NCBI RefSeq assembly: GCF_001194135.2
Contig: NC_068998.1
Coordinates: 50,972,717-51,036,716, forward strand
Direction of reading: 5' to 3'
Length of the DNA stretch: 64,000 nucleotides
Source: Octopus bimaculoides
Taxonomy: Eukaryota
A program made the position numbers and the translations under genes. How positions within the stretch are numbered: the stretch's first letter is position 1; each line of letters opens with the position of its first letter. Under the pieces are notes generated by a model, which saw only the letters and a program-made list of their open reading frames with translations, was not told the DNA's origin and ran no database searches. This document shows, in pieces, positions 13,893 through 29,654 of this stretch.

Positions 13893-15371
13893 TTAAAATA
13901 TGATGTTATGACATCGTAAATTTAAAGCAAAAAATAAAGGGGTTATTAATAATTGAAACCCCTTCGGGACTCATAGCTAACATTGTACTTGTCTTTAACC
14001 AAGCAGGCAAGGGAGACATCTTTGAACGTTTATGTCTATTGGACTTCGTCATTTTTTACCAGAACTGAGGCAATTATTTATGTGAAATAAAATGTTCTTA
14101 ATACGTTTAGAGTGTCATAGAGGAAATTAATTGATGTTTAATTAAGTTATTAAAATGTTGTTAATCAATGAATAATATTGATCTTTTTCTTTTCCTAATT
14201 ATACAAATAATATTCTTCCTCTTAAGTTTTGTTACAACTCTTCACATTAACTCTATAAACACTGACTTCACTGTCCTAGTGGGTCAGCAACGTAGACAGT
14301 CACCCGAAATTATGTGAGAAATATCCTACATGTAATTAATTATCACAAGATCATTAGTCAACGGCTGTTATTGATTTTCTTTTCTTCTTAACTAGATAAT
14401 TAAATCCTCCTAGTTAGCTTCTTTTTTTCGCTGTACCATACATTAAACATCTAATTACGAATATCAAGAGTTAAGAATTCAAAGAAGTAGAGCGGGGTTT
14501 CGCATGCATTTTCATTCAGCGAAGCCCTTCGTCCTGTCCGTTAGTGCAACCGTACCCGTTCGTCGTATCCAGCAGTGCTGCTTTACCTCTCCGTTCTGAT
14601 AGGCAGTGTTGGTGTACTCTGTCGTCATATCCGGTCATGTTGGGGAGAGAGAGAGATATATATAGAGAGAGATAGAGATAGATATATATATNNNNNNNNN
14701 NNNNNNNNNNNNNNNNNNNNNNNNNNNNNNNNNNNNNNNNNNNNNNNNNNNNNNNNNNNNNNNNNNNNNNNNNNNNNNNNNNNNNNNNNNNNNNNNNNNN
14801 NNNNNNNNNNNNGGTTGTTTGGTAAGAATATTGCTTTCTAACCATAGGGCATCGGGTTCAAACACATTGCATGGCACCTTGGGCAAATATCTTCAGCTAT
14901 AGCCTCGGGCCGATCAAAGCCTTCAAAGAGGATTTGGTTGACGAAAATTCATAGATGTACCTTTTGAATTACAGATACAATTTGTTTGACAGGATTCTAT
15001 ATAGTTTCCATCTATCCACCTGAACTCACAAGGTACGGATTAAACCCAGGCAATAGTAACTCTTTTCTGAAATTTTGAAGGAGGGATGGTCTTAGTCAAT
15101 TACAGCGACCCCAGTGTTCAGCTGGTACAAATTTTATCTAGTCCTAAAGGATAAAAGCTAACTCTGATCTTGGGTGGCATTTGAATTTAGAAACGTAAAG
15201 ACAGACTAGCAGCCACTAAGTATTTTGTCCGGATTAATAACGATTCTACCAGATCGCTTCGTTCGACGCTATGGTAAATAACTTTTTTTTATGTTGTCAC
15301 GCAGAATTTGTGATCGATCCGGAGACCACGTGGTTACGAAGCAAACTTCCTAGCCAATCGGCCATACTACA

Positions 15372-15473
<102 letters not shown>

Positions 15474-15636
15474 TGTAATGTGTGTCATAGTTTGCAATAC
15501 ACTGTATATTGACTTCCGGTAAACACTGCACCAAGTTTTACTTATCTGTCAATCTCACGTTCTATTCTTCCGCTATTCGAGCTCCCTGTACACACATAGT
15601 TGCACTCACACACACGCGCGCGCGCACACACACACA

Positions 15637-15674
<38 letters not shown>

Positions 15675-15971
15675 CATCCTCCACGCCAACCACACACGTG
15701 TGTGCTAGTTTTTGTGTGTGTGTGTGAGGTTACGTGTGAGTTTGTGTGCATGTGTGTGTGTTAATATGTATGTGTGTATGTGTGTGTGTTGTATTGTAGC
15801 AGAGTAGCTACCATAAATCAAAGAGACATGTTTGCTTGAGTTATTTAATCAGTTATCCGAGAGAAAGGTGGGTCAGCTGTCCAAATACAAGGGAGCAATT
15901 ATCTTGGTGTGGAGGAGCGTCGGATAACTCATGGCAAAGTTATCGAAGACAACCAGGTTCTGTTGTGTATG

Positions 15972-16009
<38 letters not shown>

Positions 16010-16342
16010 ACACTCACACAGACGCGCGCACACGCACACACACACATATACACACACAAATACATACATGCATATATATATNNNNNNNNNNNNNNNNNNN
16101 NNNNNNNNNNNNNNNNNNNNNNNNNNNNNNNNNNNNNNNNNNNNNNNNNNNNNNNNNNNNNNNNNNNNNNNNNNNNNNNNNNNNNNNNNNNNNNNNNNNN
16201 NNNNNNNNNNNNNCACACATACGTACATGTATACAAACATAACTATTGTAATTTCATTAAATAGAGAAGAAAAGATACTGCTACTACTACGACCACTGCC
16301 ACCACCGCCGCCTCCGCCGGTGCCGCTGCTGCCGCCACCCAC

Positions 16343-16475
16343 CTAGAGACCCTGGCGCAACCGAAGGAGGACATCAATAGAGAAATCAGAGAAGTGGGGT
16401 CTGAAACTCTTGATGGTGTTATGGTGCAAGTTTTGGAAAGAGCACAGCCGAAAATGGGCGCTTGCACGATTGGTA
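16343..16475 (+). mobile_element. Probable Tc1/mariner transposase C-terminal relic
   Basis: Translates ETLAQPKEDINREIREVGSETLDGVMVQVLERA, resembling the TxxELKxxIxxEIxxIxxETLxxVMxxxxxR end of Tc1/mariner transposases; short. Confidence 0.45.
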
Positions 16476-17606
16476 ATGTTTGAAGATACTCCTAGTGTGT
16501 CAGTTGTAATGTAATGTATCTTGGAAGAGAGACGTAAAAGTTCACAGTTCAACTTCCCGATAGTGTAGATGTTAGTCCATAAGTCCTTAGGTGCAAATCT
16601 TGTGTAAGTCCATGTAGGGTTATAGCGTTAATAGTGTGTCAGTTGTAATGATTCTTGGATGAGAGAGGACAAAGGTAGGTTAATGGATGCACAGGATGAA
16701 GAAGGGAAAGGAGGTGATGGTGGTGGTGGTTGTGGTGGAGGTAGAGGAGACGGAGGAGGAGGGAGATCAAGAAGACAAGATTTCGGTAAATGTTGATTCT
16801 ATGTGAACCATTTGTAGAAACTACGAAAAGAAATGGTTTTCGCAGACAGTGTTATTTCTTTTGACTTTGTTGTTGCATACGTACATACATACATACATAC
16901 ATACATAATACATACGTACTTAAATACTCACATACATATATACATACTTACATATATACATATATACATATANNNNNNNNNNNNNNNNNNNNNNNNNNNN
17001 NNNNNNNNNNNNNNNNNNNNNNNNNNNNNNNNNNNNNNNNNNNNNNNNNNNNNNNNNNNNNNNNNNNNNNNNNNNNNNNNNNNNNNNNNNNNNNNNNNNN
17101 NNNNNNNNNNNNNNNNNNNNNNNNNNNNNNNNNNNNNNNNNNNNNNNNNNNNNNNNNNNNNNNNNNNNNNNNNNNNNNNNNNNNNNNNNNNNNNNNNNNN
17201 NNNNNNNNNNNNNNNNNNNNNNNNNNNNNNNNNNNNNNNNNNNNNNNNNNNNNNNNNNNNNNNNNNNNNNNNNNNNNNNNNNNNNNNNNNNNNNNNNNNN
17301 NNNNNNNNNNNNNNNNNNNNNNNNNNNNNNNNNNNNNNNNNNNNNNNNNNNNNNNNNNNNNNNNNNNNNNNNNNNNNNNNNNNNNNNNNNNNNNNNNNNN
17401 NNNNNNNNNNNNNNNNNNNNNNNNNNNNNNNNNNNNNNNNNNNNNNNNNNNNNNNNNNNNNNNNNNNNNNNNGTATGTACGAATATGTATACACTCACAC
17501 ACACATGCATATATATATATATATGTATATATACAAGCATACATATATACACAGACACACACACATATATATATATGTATATATGTATGTATGCATTTGT
17601 GTGTGT

Positions 17607-17654
<48 letters not shown>

Positions 17655-18052
17655 CTGTGCATGCGTATAAAGCAGGGGTTTCATTGATGTCAAAGTTTTT
17701 CAGTGTTGCGTGGCTGAGTATCTCTGTTTCGTAACCCCATGCCCTCTACATTAACTAGCTCTAGAATCCTTTATGTGTCTCTTATATAAACAAGCCCATG
17801 TTTACATATATGCAAATATCTCACAAAAGCACACACTCGCACGCTGAAATATATACACCTTCCACGTGCCGACGAATGAGCCTTTACCTGGTAGCTCGGT
17901 AAGCTAGAAATACTAATCAAATTTCGCCCAAGCTGTACCCTTCGATATGTGTTTTTTTAAAAACAAAGCAAAATGGCTAATGCAGTCCTTGATGAGGTCA
18001 AATGTAAATAATGTAAATAATGTACATAATTCTTCATCTCTTAAATATAGAA

Positions 18053-18092
<40 letters not shown>

Positions 18093-19037
18093 NNNNNNNN
18101 NNNNNNNNNNNNNNNNNNNNNNNNNNNNNNNNNNNNNNNNNNNNNNNNNNNNNNNNNNNNNNNNNNNNNNNNNNNNNNNNNNNNNNNNNNNNNNNNNNNN
18201 NNNNNNNNNNNNNNNNNNNNNNNNNNNNNNNNNNNNNNNNNNNNNNNNNNNNNNNNNNNNNNNNNNNNNNNNNNNNNNNNNNNNNNNNNNNNNNNNNNNN
18301 NNNNNNNNNNNNNNNNNNNNNNNNNNNNNNNNNNNNNNNNNNNNNNNNNNNNNNNNNNNNNNNNNNNNNNNNNNNNNNNNNNNNNNNNNNNNNNNNNNNN
18401 NNNNNNNNNNNNNNNNNNNNNNNNNNNNNNNNNNNNNNNNNNNNNNNNNNNNNNNNNNNNNNNNNNNNNNNNNNNNNNNNNNNNNNNNNNNNNNNNNNNN
18501 NNNNNNNNNNNNNNNNNNNNNNNNNNNNNNNNNNNNNNNNNNNNNNNNNNNNNNNNNNNNNNNNNNNNNNNNNNNNNNNNNNNNNNNNNNNNNNNNNNNN
18601 NNNNNNNNNNNNNNNNNNNNNNNNNNNNNNNNNNNNNNNNNNNNNNNNNNNNNNNNNNNNNNNNNNNNNNNNNNNNNNNNNNNNNNNNNNNNNNNNNNNN
18701 NNNNNNNNNNNNNNNNNNNNNNNNNNNNNNNNNNNNNNNNNNNNNNNNNNNNNNNNNNNNNNNNNNNNNNNNNNNNNNNNNNNNNNNNNNNNNNNNNNNN
18801 NNNNNNNNNNNNNNNNNNNNNNNNNNNNNNNNNNNNNNNNNNNNNNNNNNNNNNNNNNNNNNNNNNNNNNNNNNNNNNNNNNNNNNNNNNNNNNNNNNNN
18901 NNNNNNNNNNNNNNNNNNNNNNNNNNNNNNNNNNNNNNNNNNNNNNNNNNNNNNNNNNNNNNNNNNNNNNNNNNNNNNNNNNNNNNNNNNNNNNNNNNNN
19001 NNNNNNNNNNNNNNNNNNNNNNNNNNNNNNNNNNNNN

Positions 19038-19077
<40 letters not shown>

Positions 19078-19479
19078 TTACGCACCTGCATGTGTGCATC
19101 TATGCATCTGCATGTGCGTACATGTGTATATATATGTGCGTGCGTGCGTATTTGCACGTATGTATAAATGTATGTAATACAAACCACCATAGTATAGTGA
19201 TAGCCAGACAGTGAGCCTAAGAATCGGACAAACAGACAGACACCATTCAGCTGTATATGTTTATTAGCCAAGGTTTTATAATTAACGAGAAGCTTGCAAA
19301 GTAATTCGGTAAAGGAATTTAATTACGCGCTTATGTATCTATGTACGTCTTTCTCCCCCCTCTCTCTCTCTGCATACAAACATACACATAAACACATATG
19401 CACACGCAAATATACACCAAAACATATATGTATACACACACTCTTACATAACATAGCAACATCAACATACTTTTGTGTA

Positions 19480-20050
<571 letters not shown>

Positions 20051-21586
20051 GCACGCGGGTTTGTGTATTTCTATGCGTTCATATGGAAGTGGGTGCTCCA
20101 TCATTGTATTAGCTGTTATGGCTAAAACAAGATAATGATTAACATGAACAAGGCTGTTAGCACGTTCTTCGTGATTGCCAACATATTATATGGACCGTTG
20201 CTCTCAGCAAGTCGTTGACAGATATCCCGGATTTATAATGCTGTGAGTAACCTACCGAACTGTATCAATTACAGCATAACGGAACAACTAGATTATGCCA
20301 TGACATCTCCATCCACAGAACTCACGTTTCCACTCTTATCTGCTCTTCCTGTCTCTGGCTCTCTGTCTGTGTATCACACTTTATAGTGATATATATATAT
20401 AAATGGAACAAAAGCGCAATAGAGGGCATTAAAACGTTCGGACAGGTAGACGACACAAAGGCGGACAAGAGAAACAACAATTAGAAGGACGGGCAAAAAA
20501 AAACAAAACAGACGGGTCATTTTTAGCTTTCTTTCATCAGTCAAGTACCAGAAGTCACGACCATTTCGGGCAGTTACACTTGTGATGTTTCGATCTGGTT
20601 GTCCCCTCAAAAAGTCTAAACTAAGAGCATTAGACCTCTTTGTAAGAAAGCTAGCGAATGTGTTCGGCAACAAAGGCGAAAAAAAAACAAAACAAAACAA
20701 ATAAACAAACAAAAAAAAAACGGAGAACATGGTACATAATTACGAATACAAGCAACATGAAATAGCAACAGGCGTCTTTCGACTGAGAACGATTCAAATT
20801 GAGCTGGCGTGTATGGCGTGAAATCCTAAAGGCAGGAATAGGCGAAGGATTACTGTATATATGCATGTATAAGTATCTCCCTTGTCTCCCTCTCTTTTCC
20901 CTCCGATGTCTCACTCTCTGTCTCGTGCGCCATATTTTTTTTCATACCTCCCATAATCGAAGTGCTTGTTGTGTTGGTTAATTGACCTGTTATGTAATAT
21001 CCGGTGTGAAACCGATTGGGAAAATTGGCGCCAAACTGCGACCCTGTCACTGACATTGTTGGTGTAACGATGGACCTCATTACGACAAAAAGAGTCGCCG
21101 ACCACGTAGCGTTGACGATGATGAGAATGGTTGTAATAATGATGAAAATGACTACAGCGAAGAAACAGTGATGATGGCGATGGTGATGATGATGATGATG
21201 ATGATGATGATGTTTATGATGAAGTTTATATATAAAAAAAAAACAAGCAACAATGTGAGTGCTGAAAGTGTCAACGATGATGGTGATGGTTGTGGTGATG
21301 GTGTTGGTAGTGGTGTTGGTGGTGGTGGCGGTGGTACTGAGGAAGCTCTATGTCTATGAAACCATTAACCTTAGATGCCATTTGAAGAATTGTGGACATA
21401 CCAATTATAGATTAGATCCATTGAATCAACATCTGTTTTCGAATCAGCACAGTTGCTATGGTAACTGCTGTTAAACATTGTCTTTCTATGACTAATTATG
21501 GACGGAATGAGACTCAACGGAAACAGCCGTTTTTTACATACCTACACACCTATATACGTAGATAGATTAACATACAGAGGTCTGTT

Positions 21587-21658
<72 letters not shown>

Positions 21659-21848
21659 CATCTATTAGAAGGTTTGTTTGTCTGTTTGTCCGTCGGCTAA
21701 TCTCAAAACGAAGCTCGAGTCACGAGACAAACTTTGCTTTTCAGCTTCAATAAAAAGGAAAAGCGCATCCTCTACATCATACATTGAGCACTCCCATCTT
21801 ATTCGTCCGACATAAATAAACCATATATATATATATATNNNNNNNNNN

Positions 21849-21920
<72 letters not shown>

Positions 21921-22244
21921 GAAAGAGAGATAGGCACACACACACATGCACATACACACATACACACATGCATGCATATATTACACTCCAGCTGTGTAAT
22001 TCTTTCCCAGTGCCGTACGACTTTCCCTAACATGAATTTGCCATTGTTGCTCTTCATACTCATGTCAGCCTTGATTTAATAAACCTTTGATAAAAGACGT
22101 TCCAGCCGTGACATTCAATCTTTTCATCTTGTTTTTGTATATTAAGGATTACGTTGTCCAATGTGTCCTTCTTTTTAGTAATGAAAAGCGTGGCTTTGAA
22201 GCGTATGTCATTCCTATTTTGGATACGTCTATCTACTACGCACT

Positions 22245-22535
22245 GAAAGCGCGTGGCTCAAAGGCTAGTGTGTTGCACTCACAATGATAAAATCATAGGT
22301 GAGATCGTGAGTTCGATTCCTGGCGGCACGTTACATCCTTGAGTAAGACATTTTGCTTTACGAGGTTCCAATCCAGTCAGCTGGCAAAAATGAGTTGTAC
22401 CTGTATTTCAAAGAGCCAGCTTTGTCACATTCTGTGCCACACTGAATCTCTTTGAGAACTACGTTAAAGGTACGCGAGTCTGTGGAGTGGTTAACCACGA
22501 GCAGGTTGTTCCGGTGATCAAATCACCTGGAACCG
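22245..22535 (+). mobile_element. tRNA-derived SINE family 3
   Basis: GCGCGTGGCTCAAAGG...GAGTTCGATTCC head; related minus-strand head at about 36340-36470. Confidence 0.75.
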
Positions 22536-23436
22536 GAAATGAGCTCCAGTAATATCAAACCGGTGTCCCATTAATAGTAGAATGTTGTAATATCAGAGAA
22601 ATATACGCCACGAAAACTAGATTAAGTTCTCGCCTTATGAGTCTTTGTGCTCATAACACATCTAAATGTAAGCTACCGCGTAAAGATATATTTACGCGTG
22701 TTTCATTTGGCTTGCTTGCTGGTGTTGGAGCTAATGTATATCGTATTTTCTCATAATTACTAAAAGAAGTGACTGTAATATCAGTTCCAAGACGGCATGT
22801 GTTTAAATTAACAATCACCCTACTTTTTTCTGAATCATTGTGTATTTATTATATTTAAAGGCATATCTTTGCAATTTGTTCCAAACGATCCGCTTATAAC
22901 AATTGCCTTCGAGAATAATCGATCAGGAACCGCTGTAAAAGTAAGCAAATGACTTCTTCCATATATCTAGATAATAAAACACTTTAAAATTACTTTAGCA
23001 AAGATCCTATTTCATCTATTCTTTTTTAAAACGAAGAAACGAAATTATAAGGCAACCAAATAAAAACACACCGGAACAAAGAAATAAGTAATTAAAAAGT
23101 AAGGAAAACGAAAGGTATTTCATCAAATGACATATTTATGTGGTAATAAAAGGGAGGTGGTGATATTTTATTGTAAATGTATGGTTTCCTCGACTCAATA
23201 TGGAGGCTGAGAAAGAATACTTGAAAGGGCTCGTGGAGCAGACGATAAATTTATCGTAAAACAGACGATAATTTATCGGCAGAACATTTTTGGAATACGA
23301 TATATTTGAAGGTAATAGAAAATGTTTTATGCAGACTGTTTATATCTCCTTATCATTATGTGGATTTAGCACTTGGTGGTTTCCTATCTCTCTCTCTCTC
23401 TCTCCTCCCTCTCTCCCTTTTACTGTATGTATGCAA

Positions 23437-23468
<32 letters not shown>

Positions 23469-24486
23469 NNNNNNNNNNNNNNNNNNNNNNNNNNNNNNNN
23501 NNNNNNNNNNNNNNNNNNNNNNNNNNNNNNNNNNNNNNNNNNNNNNNNNNNNNNNNNNNNNNNNNNNNNNNNNNNNNNNNNNNNNNNNNNNNNNNNNNNN
23601 NNNNNNNNNNNNNNNNNNNNNNNNNNNNNNNNNNNNNNNNNNNNNNNNNNNNNNNNNNNNNNNNNNNNNNNNNNNNNNNNNNNNNNNNNNNNNNNNNNNN
23701 NNNNNNNNNNNNNNNNNNNNNNNNNNNNNNNNNNNNNNNNNNNNNNNNNNNNNNNNNNNNNNNNNNNNNNNNNNNNNNNNNNNNNNNNNNNNNNNNNNNN
23801 NNNNNNNNNNNNNNNNNNNNNNNNNNNNNNNNNNNNNNNNNNNNNNNNNNNNNNNNNNNNNNNNNNNNNNNNNNNNNNNNNNNNNNNNNNNNNNNNNNNN
23901 NNNNNNNNNNNNNNNNNNNNNNNNNNNNNNNNNNNNNNNNNNNNNNNNNNNNNNNNNNNNNNNNNNNNNNNNNNNNNNNNNNNNNNNNNNNNNNNNNNNN
24001 NNNNNNNNNNNNNNNNNNNNNNNNNNNNNNNNNNNNNNNNNNNNNNNNNNNNNNNNNNNNNNNNNNNNNNNNNNNNNNNNNNNNNNNNNNNNNNNNNNNN
24101 NNNNNNNNNNNNNNNNNNNNNNNNNNNNNNNNNNNNNNNNNNNNNNNNNNNNNNNNNNNNNNNNNNNNNNNNNNNNNNNNNNNNNNNNNNNNNNNNNNNN
24201 NNNNNNNNNNNNNNNNNNNNNNNNNNNNNNNNNNNNNNNNNNNNNNNNNNNNNNNNNNNNNNNNNNNNNNNNNNNNNNNNNNNNNNNNNNNNNNNNNNNN
24301 NNNNNNNNNNNNNNNNNNNNNNNNNNNNNNNNNNNNNNNNNNNNNNNNNNNNNNNNNNNNNNNNNNNNNNNNNNNNNNNNNNNNNNNNNNNNNNNNNNNN
24401 NNNNNNNNNNNNNNNNNNNNNNNNNNNNNNNNNNNNNNNNNNNNNNNNNNNNNNNNNNNNNNNNNATATATATGTATATATATATG

Positions 24487-24519
<33 letters not shown>

Positions 24520-24742
24520 ATATATGCGTGTGTATGTGTTAGCGTTTGTGTGAGTGTAAGTATTAATATATATCTCTGTCTCTACGTATCTCTCTCTATC
24601 TGTCTATGTATGTATGTATGCATATGTATGTATGTGTATGTGTATCTATATATGCATGGACGTATATGTGTATGTATATATGTATGTGTGCATATATATA
24701 TGTATATATATGCATACACAAACACACACACATATATTATAT

Positions 24743-24774
<32 letters not shown>

Positions 24775-25397
24775 GTATTACATATGTACATGCATATGGA
24801 CGTATGATTAACAGTGCACACATACGCACCCACACACATACATACACACACGCATACATACTCACACATATACACATATATACATTTATACATATATGTG
24901 CATGTACGTGTGTGCATATGGTTATACACACACACACGTCATAGCACGACATTTACAAGGAGACCATATTGGTTTCTGTCAATAAGATTAACCCTCCTCC
25001 ACCACGAAAGAAAACTCCCTCCTCCCTCCGTTACTGATATAACAGATACGCTTTAGAAGTAAACTAATATTTTCTTTTTTTCTTGTTTTTGTGATGGAAT
25101 AATAAAACGTTATTCGCTGATCTCAGTTTTGTAGTATTTGTAAGAAAACACAAGACCAGGGTTAATGCCAAGATTTATGTCTGTGGCTTTCTTGGTTACT
25201 TCACGACCTGAGGCCTAAACGGATTTTATTACTTCAGCTTGTTTAGCTAATTACGACAATATCATAAACAACAGTCTTACATATCTAATTGCTGGTATTT
25301 GGATTTCTTTCTTCCCATATTGTTTGTTTGTTTGTTTGTTTCTTTCTTTGTTTCTTTCGTCTTCTACAAAACTTGCCACAGCTACTCCCATCATCAT

Positions 25398-25456
<59 letters not shown>

Positions 25457-26099
25457 GACCAGCAGATTTGAGGGGAGGGATCTCGTCGATGCCATCGATC
25501 ATAGTACCAAACTGGTACTTTATTTCATCAACACCCGAGGGATGGAAAGCAACATGAATCTCACTAGTGTTAGAACTCAGAACATCGAGATCCGCAAAAA
25601 ATGTGACGAGGTGTTTTGTCCGACGCGCAAACGATTCTACCAAGCTACTACTCTAACATAGGCACAAGGCATGCCATTTGTAGAGAAGGTTTGTTTTCGA
25701 AATCATCGATACTCTACAAGTTATTTCATGCTTACGATATCTTAAAAGAACGAAATAGTGTAGACAGTACTTGTCAGCACAATTTTGGAGATTTCTCTGA
25801 GACATGGTTCTCCTGGGATATTATCTAGATGTTTCTGACATCATTATTTTTCATACCTACGACTCATAAAAGAACAGGAACAGTTCTCGCTTTAAGATGC
25901 CACATCTTTTGTATTTCAATTTCCAGGTCATTATATTTAATTATATTAATTATATTAATCTGTCAGATTCCTACACAGATATATTTTCATCAATGGGAAC
26001 ATTTATATCTATTTGTCTACAAGTATTTTCTTCCCGTATTTAATAAATATATTTGGTCGATTAACCTGGATCGTTCTATCAGTGTTGACTGGAAAATCA

Positions 26100-26395
26100 T
26101 CCTCTTCTTCTTCTTCTTCTTCTTCTTCTTCTTCTTCTTCTTCTTTTTCTTCTTCTTCTTCTTCTTCTTCTTCTTCTTCTTCTTCTTCTTTTTCTTCTTC
26201 TTCTTCTTCTTCTTCTTCTTCTTCTTCTTCCTCCTCTTCTTCTTCTTCTTCTTCTTCTTCTTCTTCTTTTTCTTCTTCTTCTTTTTCTTCTTCTTCTTCT
26301 TCTTCTTCTTCTTCTTCTTCCTCCTATTCATCTTCTTCTTCTTCTTCTTCTTCTTCTTCTTCTTCTTCTTCTTCTTCTTCTTCTTCTTCTTCCAT
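26100..26395. repeat. (TCT)n microsatellite followed by a pyrimidine-rich tract
   Basis: Direct reading. Confidence 0.97.
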
Positions 26396-27044
26396 TTCCA
26401 ATTTCCTCTCACTTTCGCCTTCCACCGTTTTCTATTTCTTCCTTATATTCTTCACCGTCTTACACTTTTCATTCATTCCTCCTCTCCCCCCTCCCCTCTT
26501 CCCCTCTCACTCTCTTCCCCTTTCCCCTCCCCCTCTCTCTGCCTCTTCCTATATCCTTACCCACTCCACCCATGTCCCACTTCTGTATCTCTCCTCTAAA
26601 TGCCCTTTCTTATCATCTCAATTTATCGAACTTCCTTGCTATCCTTTACGCTCCACCACCAACTTATTCTCCCTTTAGGTTCTTCTCCTTCGCACCCCAA
26701 CCCATCCACCTATTCATTTCTTTCTCTCTCTTTCTCTCTCTTTCTTTCTTTCTACCCCCCTTCTCTATCTTGCCTGTTCTATGTGTACTTCAACCAGTAA
26801 GAGGCTCAAAAGTAACTAGATCAAACTCGGTCTTATCTGGTTCTGCAGCAGCAAGATAAAACCGGGGTCAACCAGCCCCACTGCTTGTGGTTATCTGCTG
26901 AATAAATACCACAAATGCTGCTTGCATTTAACTTATTGATCTCTCTTTAAAGGTCGTACAGATTCTCAATGGTTTCACATTTTACATAAATATGAAACGG
27001 TGCGCTTGATTCCTATCACCATAACAACCAATTAAGACATACTG

Positions 27045-27256
27045 GCACAAAATTTTGGCACAAAGCCAGCAATTTTAGAGAAAGAGAAGTCAATTACATC
27101 GACGCCAGTGTTCAACTCAACTGGTACTTATTTTATCGATCCGAAGAGGATGAATGGCAAAGTCAAGCACTGGAAATTTGAACTCGGATCGTAAAGACGT
27201 ACGAAATGCCGCTAAGCATTTTGTTCAGCGTGCTAGCGATTCTGCCAACTCGCGGC
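27045..27256 (-). mobile_element. SINE family 1
   Basis: Reverse-complement match; similar copies at 3363-3452, 15085-15260, 25490-25645 and 46295-46468 (-), and 31150-31355, 33770-33880 and 61030-61150 (+). Confidence 0.85.
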
Positions 27257-27257
27257 C

Positions 27258-27373
27258 CTGATGATGATGACGTTGATGATGATGATGATGATGACGACGA
27301 CGACGATGATGATGATGACGATGATGATGATGATGACGACGACGATGATGATGATGACGATGATGATGTTGAC

Positions 27374-27417
<44 letters not shown>

Positions 27418-27467
27418 CGATGATGATGATGACGGCGACGATTACGATGATGAGAATAATGATGATA

Positions 27468-27504
<37 letters not shown>

Positions 27505-27530
27505 CGATGATGATGATGACGATGACGACG
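27258..27530. repeat. (GAT/GAC)n microsatellite
   Basis: Direct reading. Confidence 0.97.
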
Positions 27531-28933
27531 GCAACATTATTTACTGTAAGTAATATAATTAAAGTTGCTGTAGGATAATTAGGAAATTTGATATTGAATC
27601 TGTTGACTATCCTATCGAATTGTCAGCACAACTACACACTCATACTGACAATCTGATGCACACACATGCACACACATGCACACACATGCACACACAATCG
27701 GAAAGACACTCTCACACACATACTACACATACACAAACACATATGACACACAGGCTCTGATTAAATGAACCAATTTACCGTTTAAACCAAAAGTAAACTT
27801 CATACATGCATACATATATACATATTTACACACACACACACACACATCGGTGTTATTTGAAATCAAATAAACCCGCCATGCATCCAAGACTCTAGGAGCT
27901 CCAACAAAACCTGTCAGAAAGAGAAAAAAAGAAAAAAAACATAAGAGAGGACGATGATGAGGGTGATGATGATGATGATGATGATGATAATGATGATGAT
28001 GATGATGATGATGACGATGATGTTTTTGAATATTTTCGCTGCTTTGGTTGTTGAGGGAGATGGAAGTTGAAGTGATATTTATTTATTCATTTAATATCAG
28101 TTACTGGGTTAAATTGGCTTAAATTGCTAAACTGAGTATTCGATAGCAACGGAATAAGCATTCCTATTCGTATAAACGGTTCAAGACCTACATATGAAAA
28201 ACTATAATGTTCAGCACATGCTGACGTAACCTAGAATTTTGCGTTTCTATATATATGTATANNNNNNNNNNNNNNNNNNNNNNNNNNNNNNNNNNNNNNN
28301 NNNNNNNNNNNNNNNNNNNNNNNNNNNNNNNNNNNNNNNNNNNNNNNNNNNNNNNNNNNNNNNNNNNNNNNNNNNNNNNNNNNNNNNNNNNNNNNNNNNN
28401 NNNNNNNNNNNNNNNNNNNNNNNNNNNNNNNNNNNNNNNNNNNNNNNNNNNNNNNNNNNNNNNNNNNNNNNNNNNNNNNNNNNNNNNNNNNNNNNNNNNN
28501 NNNNNNNNNNNNNNNNNNNNNNNNNNNNNNNNNNNNNNNNNNNNNNNNNNNNNNNNNNNNNNNNNNNNNNNNNNNNNNNNNNNNNNNNNNNNNNNNNNNN
28601 NNNNNNNNNNNNNNNNNNNNNNNNNNNNNNNNNNNNNNNNNNNNNNNNNNNNNNNNNNNNNNNNNNNNNNNNNNNNNNNNNNNNNNNNNNNNNNNNNNNN
28701 NNNNNNNNNNNNNNNNNNNNNNNNNNNNNNNNNNNNNNNNNNNNNNNNNNNNNNNNNNNNNNNNNNNNNNNNNNNNNNNNNNNNNNNNNNNNNNNNNNNN
28801 NNNNNNNNNNNNNNNNNNNNNNNNNNNNNNNNNNNNNNNNNNNNNNNNNNNNNNNNNNNNNNNNNNNNNNNNNNNNNNNNNNNNNNNNNNNNNNNNNNNN
28901 NNNNNNNNNNNNNNNNNNNNNNNNNNNNNNNNN

Positions 28934-29007
<74 letters not shown>

Positions 29008-29080
29008 GGTATAAGTATATATGCATACATACATGTATATACATAACCAAAGACACTTTTGTTCACCAAATGTGATATGA

Positions 29081-29111
<31 letters not shown>

Positions 29112-29112
29112 T

Positions 29113-29159
<47 letters not shown>

Positions 29160-29654
29160 TATGCATGATATTAGACGTGTCCGGCTTCGCGTTTTACGTG
29201 CGCTTGTTTTCTTTTCAGCCTATCTCTCCGTTCTCACAATTCCGTACTCTACTCCATTTGTGGTTATCTTCATGTTACATAATAGAATATTTGTTTCACC
29301 ATGGCGTTCTGAAAATAGACGTCTTCATAAATACAATAGCATATTATTATATACATATATATATTAAAAAAAGAAATCTGGCTTCTAGGTACGAGGGTAG
29401 AAAGTATTATTATGTATTTAATCATTTGAACTCTGCGACAAGATAAGACTTCCATTTTAAAATTGAGGCTCAACGGGTACCAGGGTTTGTTTAAGAATTA
29501 TGTTACGCAATAATTTGGTTCTGTGTTCGATCTGACATCAAGAAACTTTTGTTTGGCTGACCAAAGCATTGATAGTAGCTTAAAGAGATAAGAGAAGAAT
29601 TGCTCCTATTCTAGGATGATGGACGCATTGTCGTGATAAACACCGCTACTTCAT

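Noticed and set aside
20400-21100. Relatively complex, GC-richer stretch that might hold an exon
   Set aside because: No frame with a recognisable motif or a convincing acceptor/donor pair; it may be regulatory or an old repeat, but I cannot support either.
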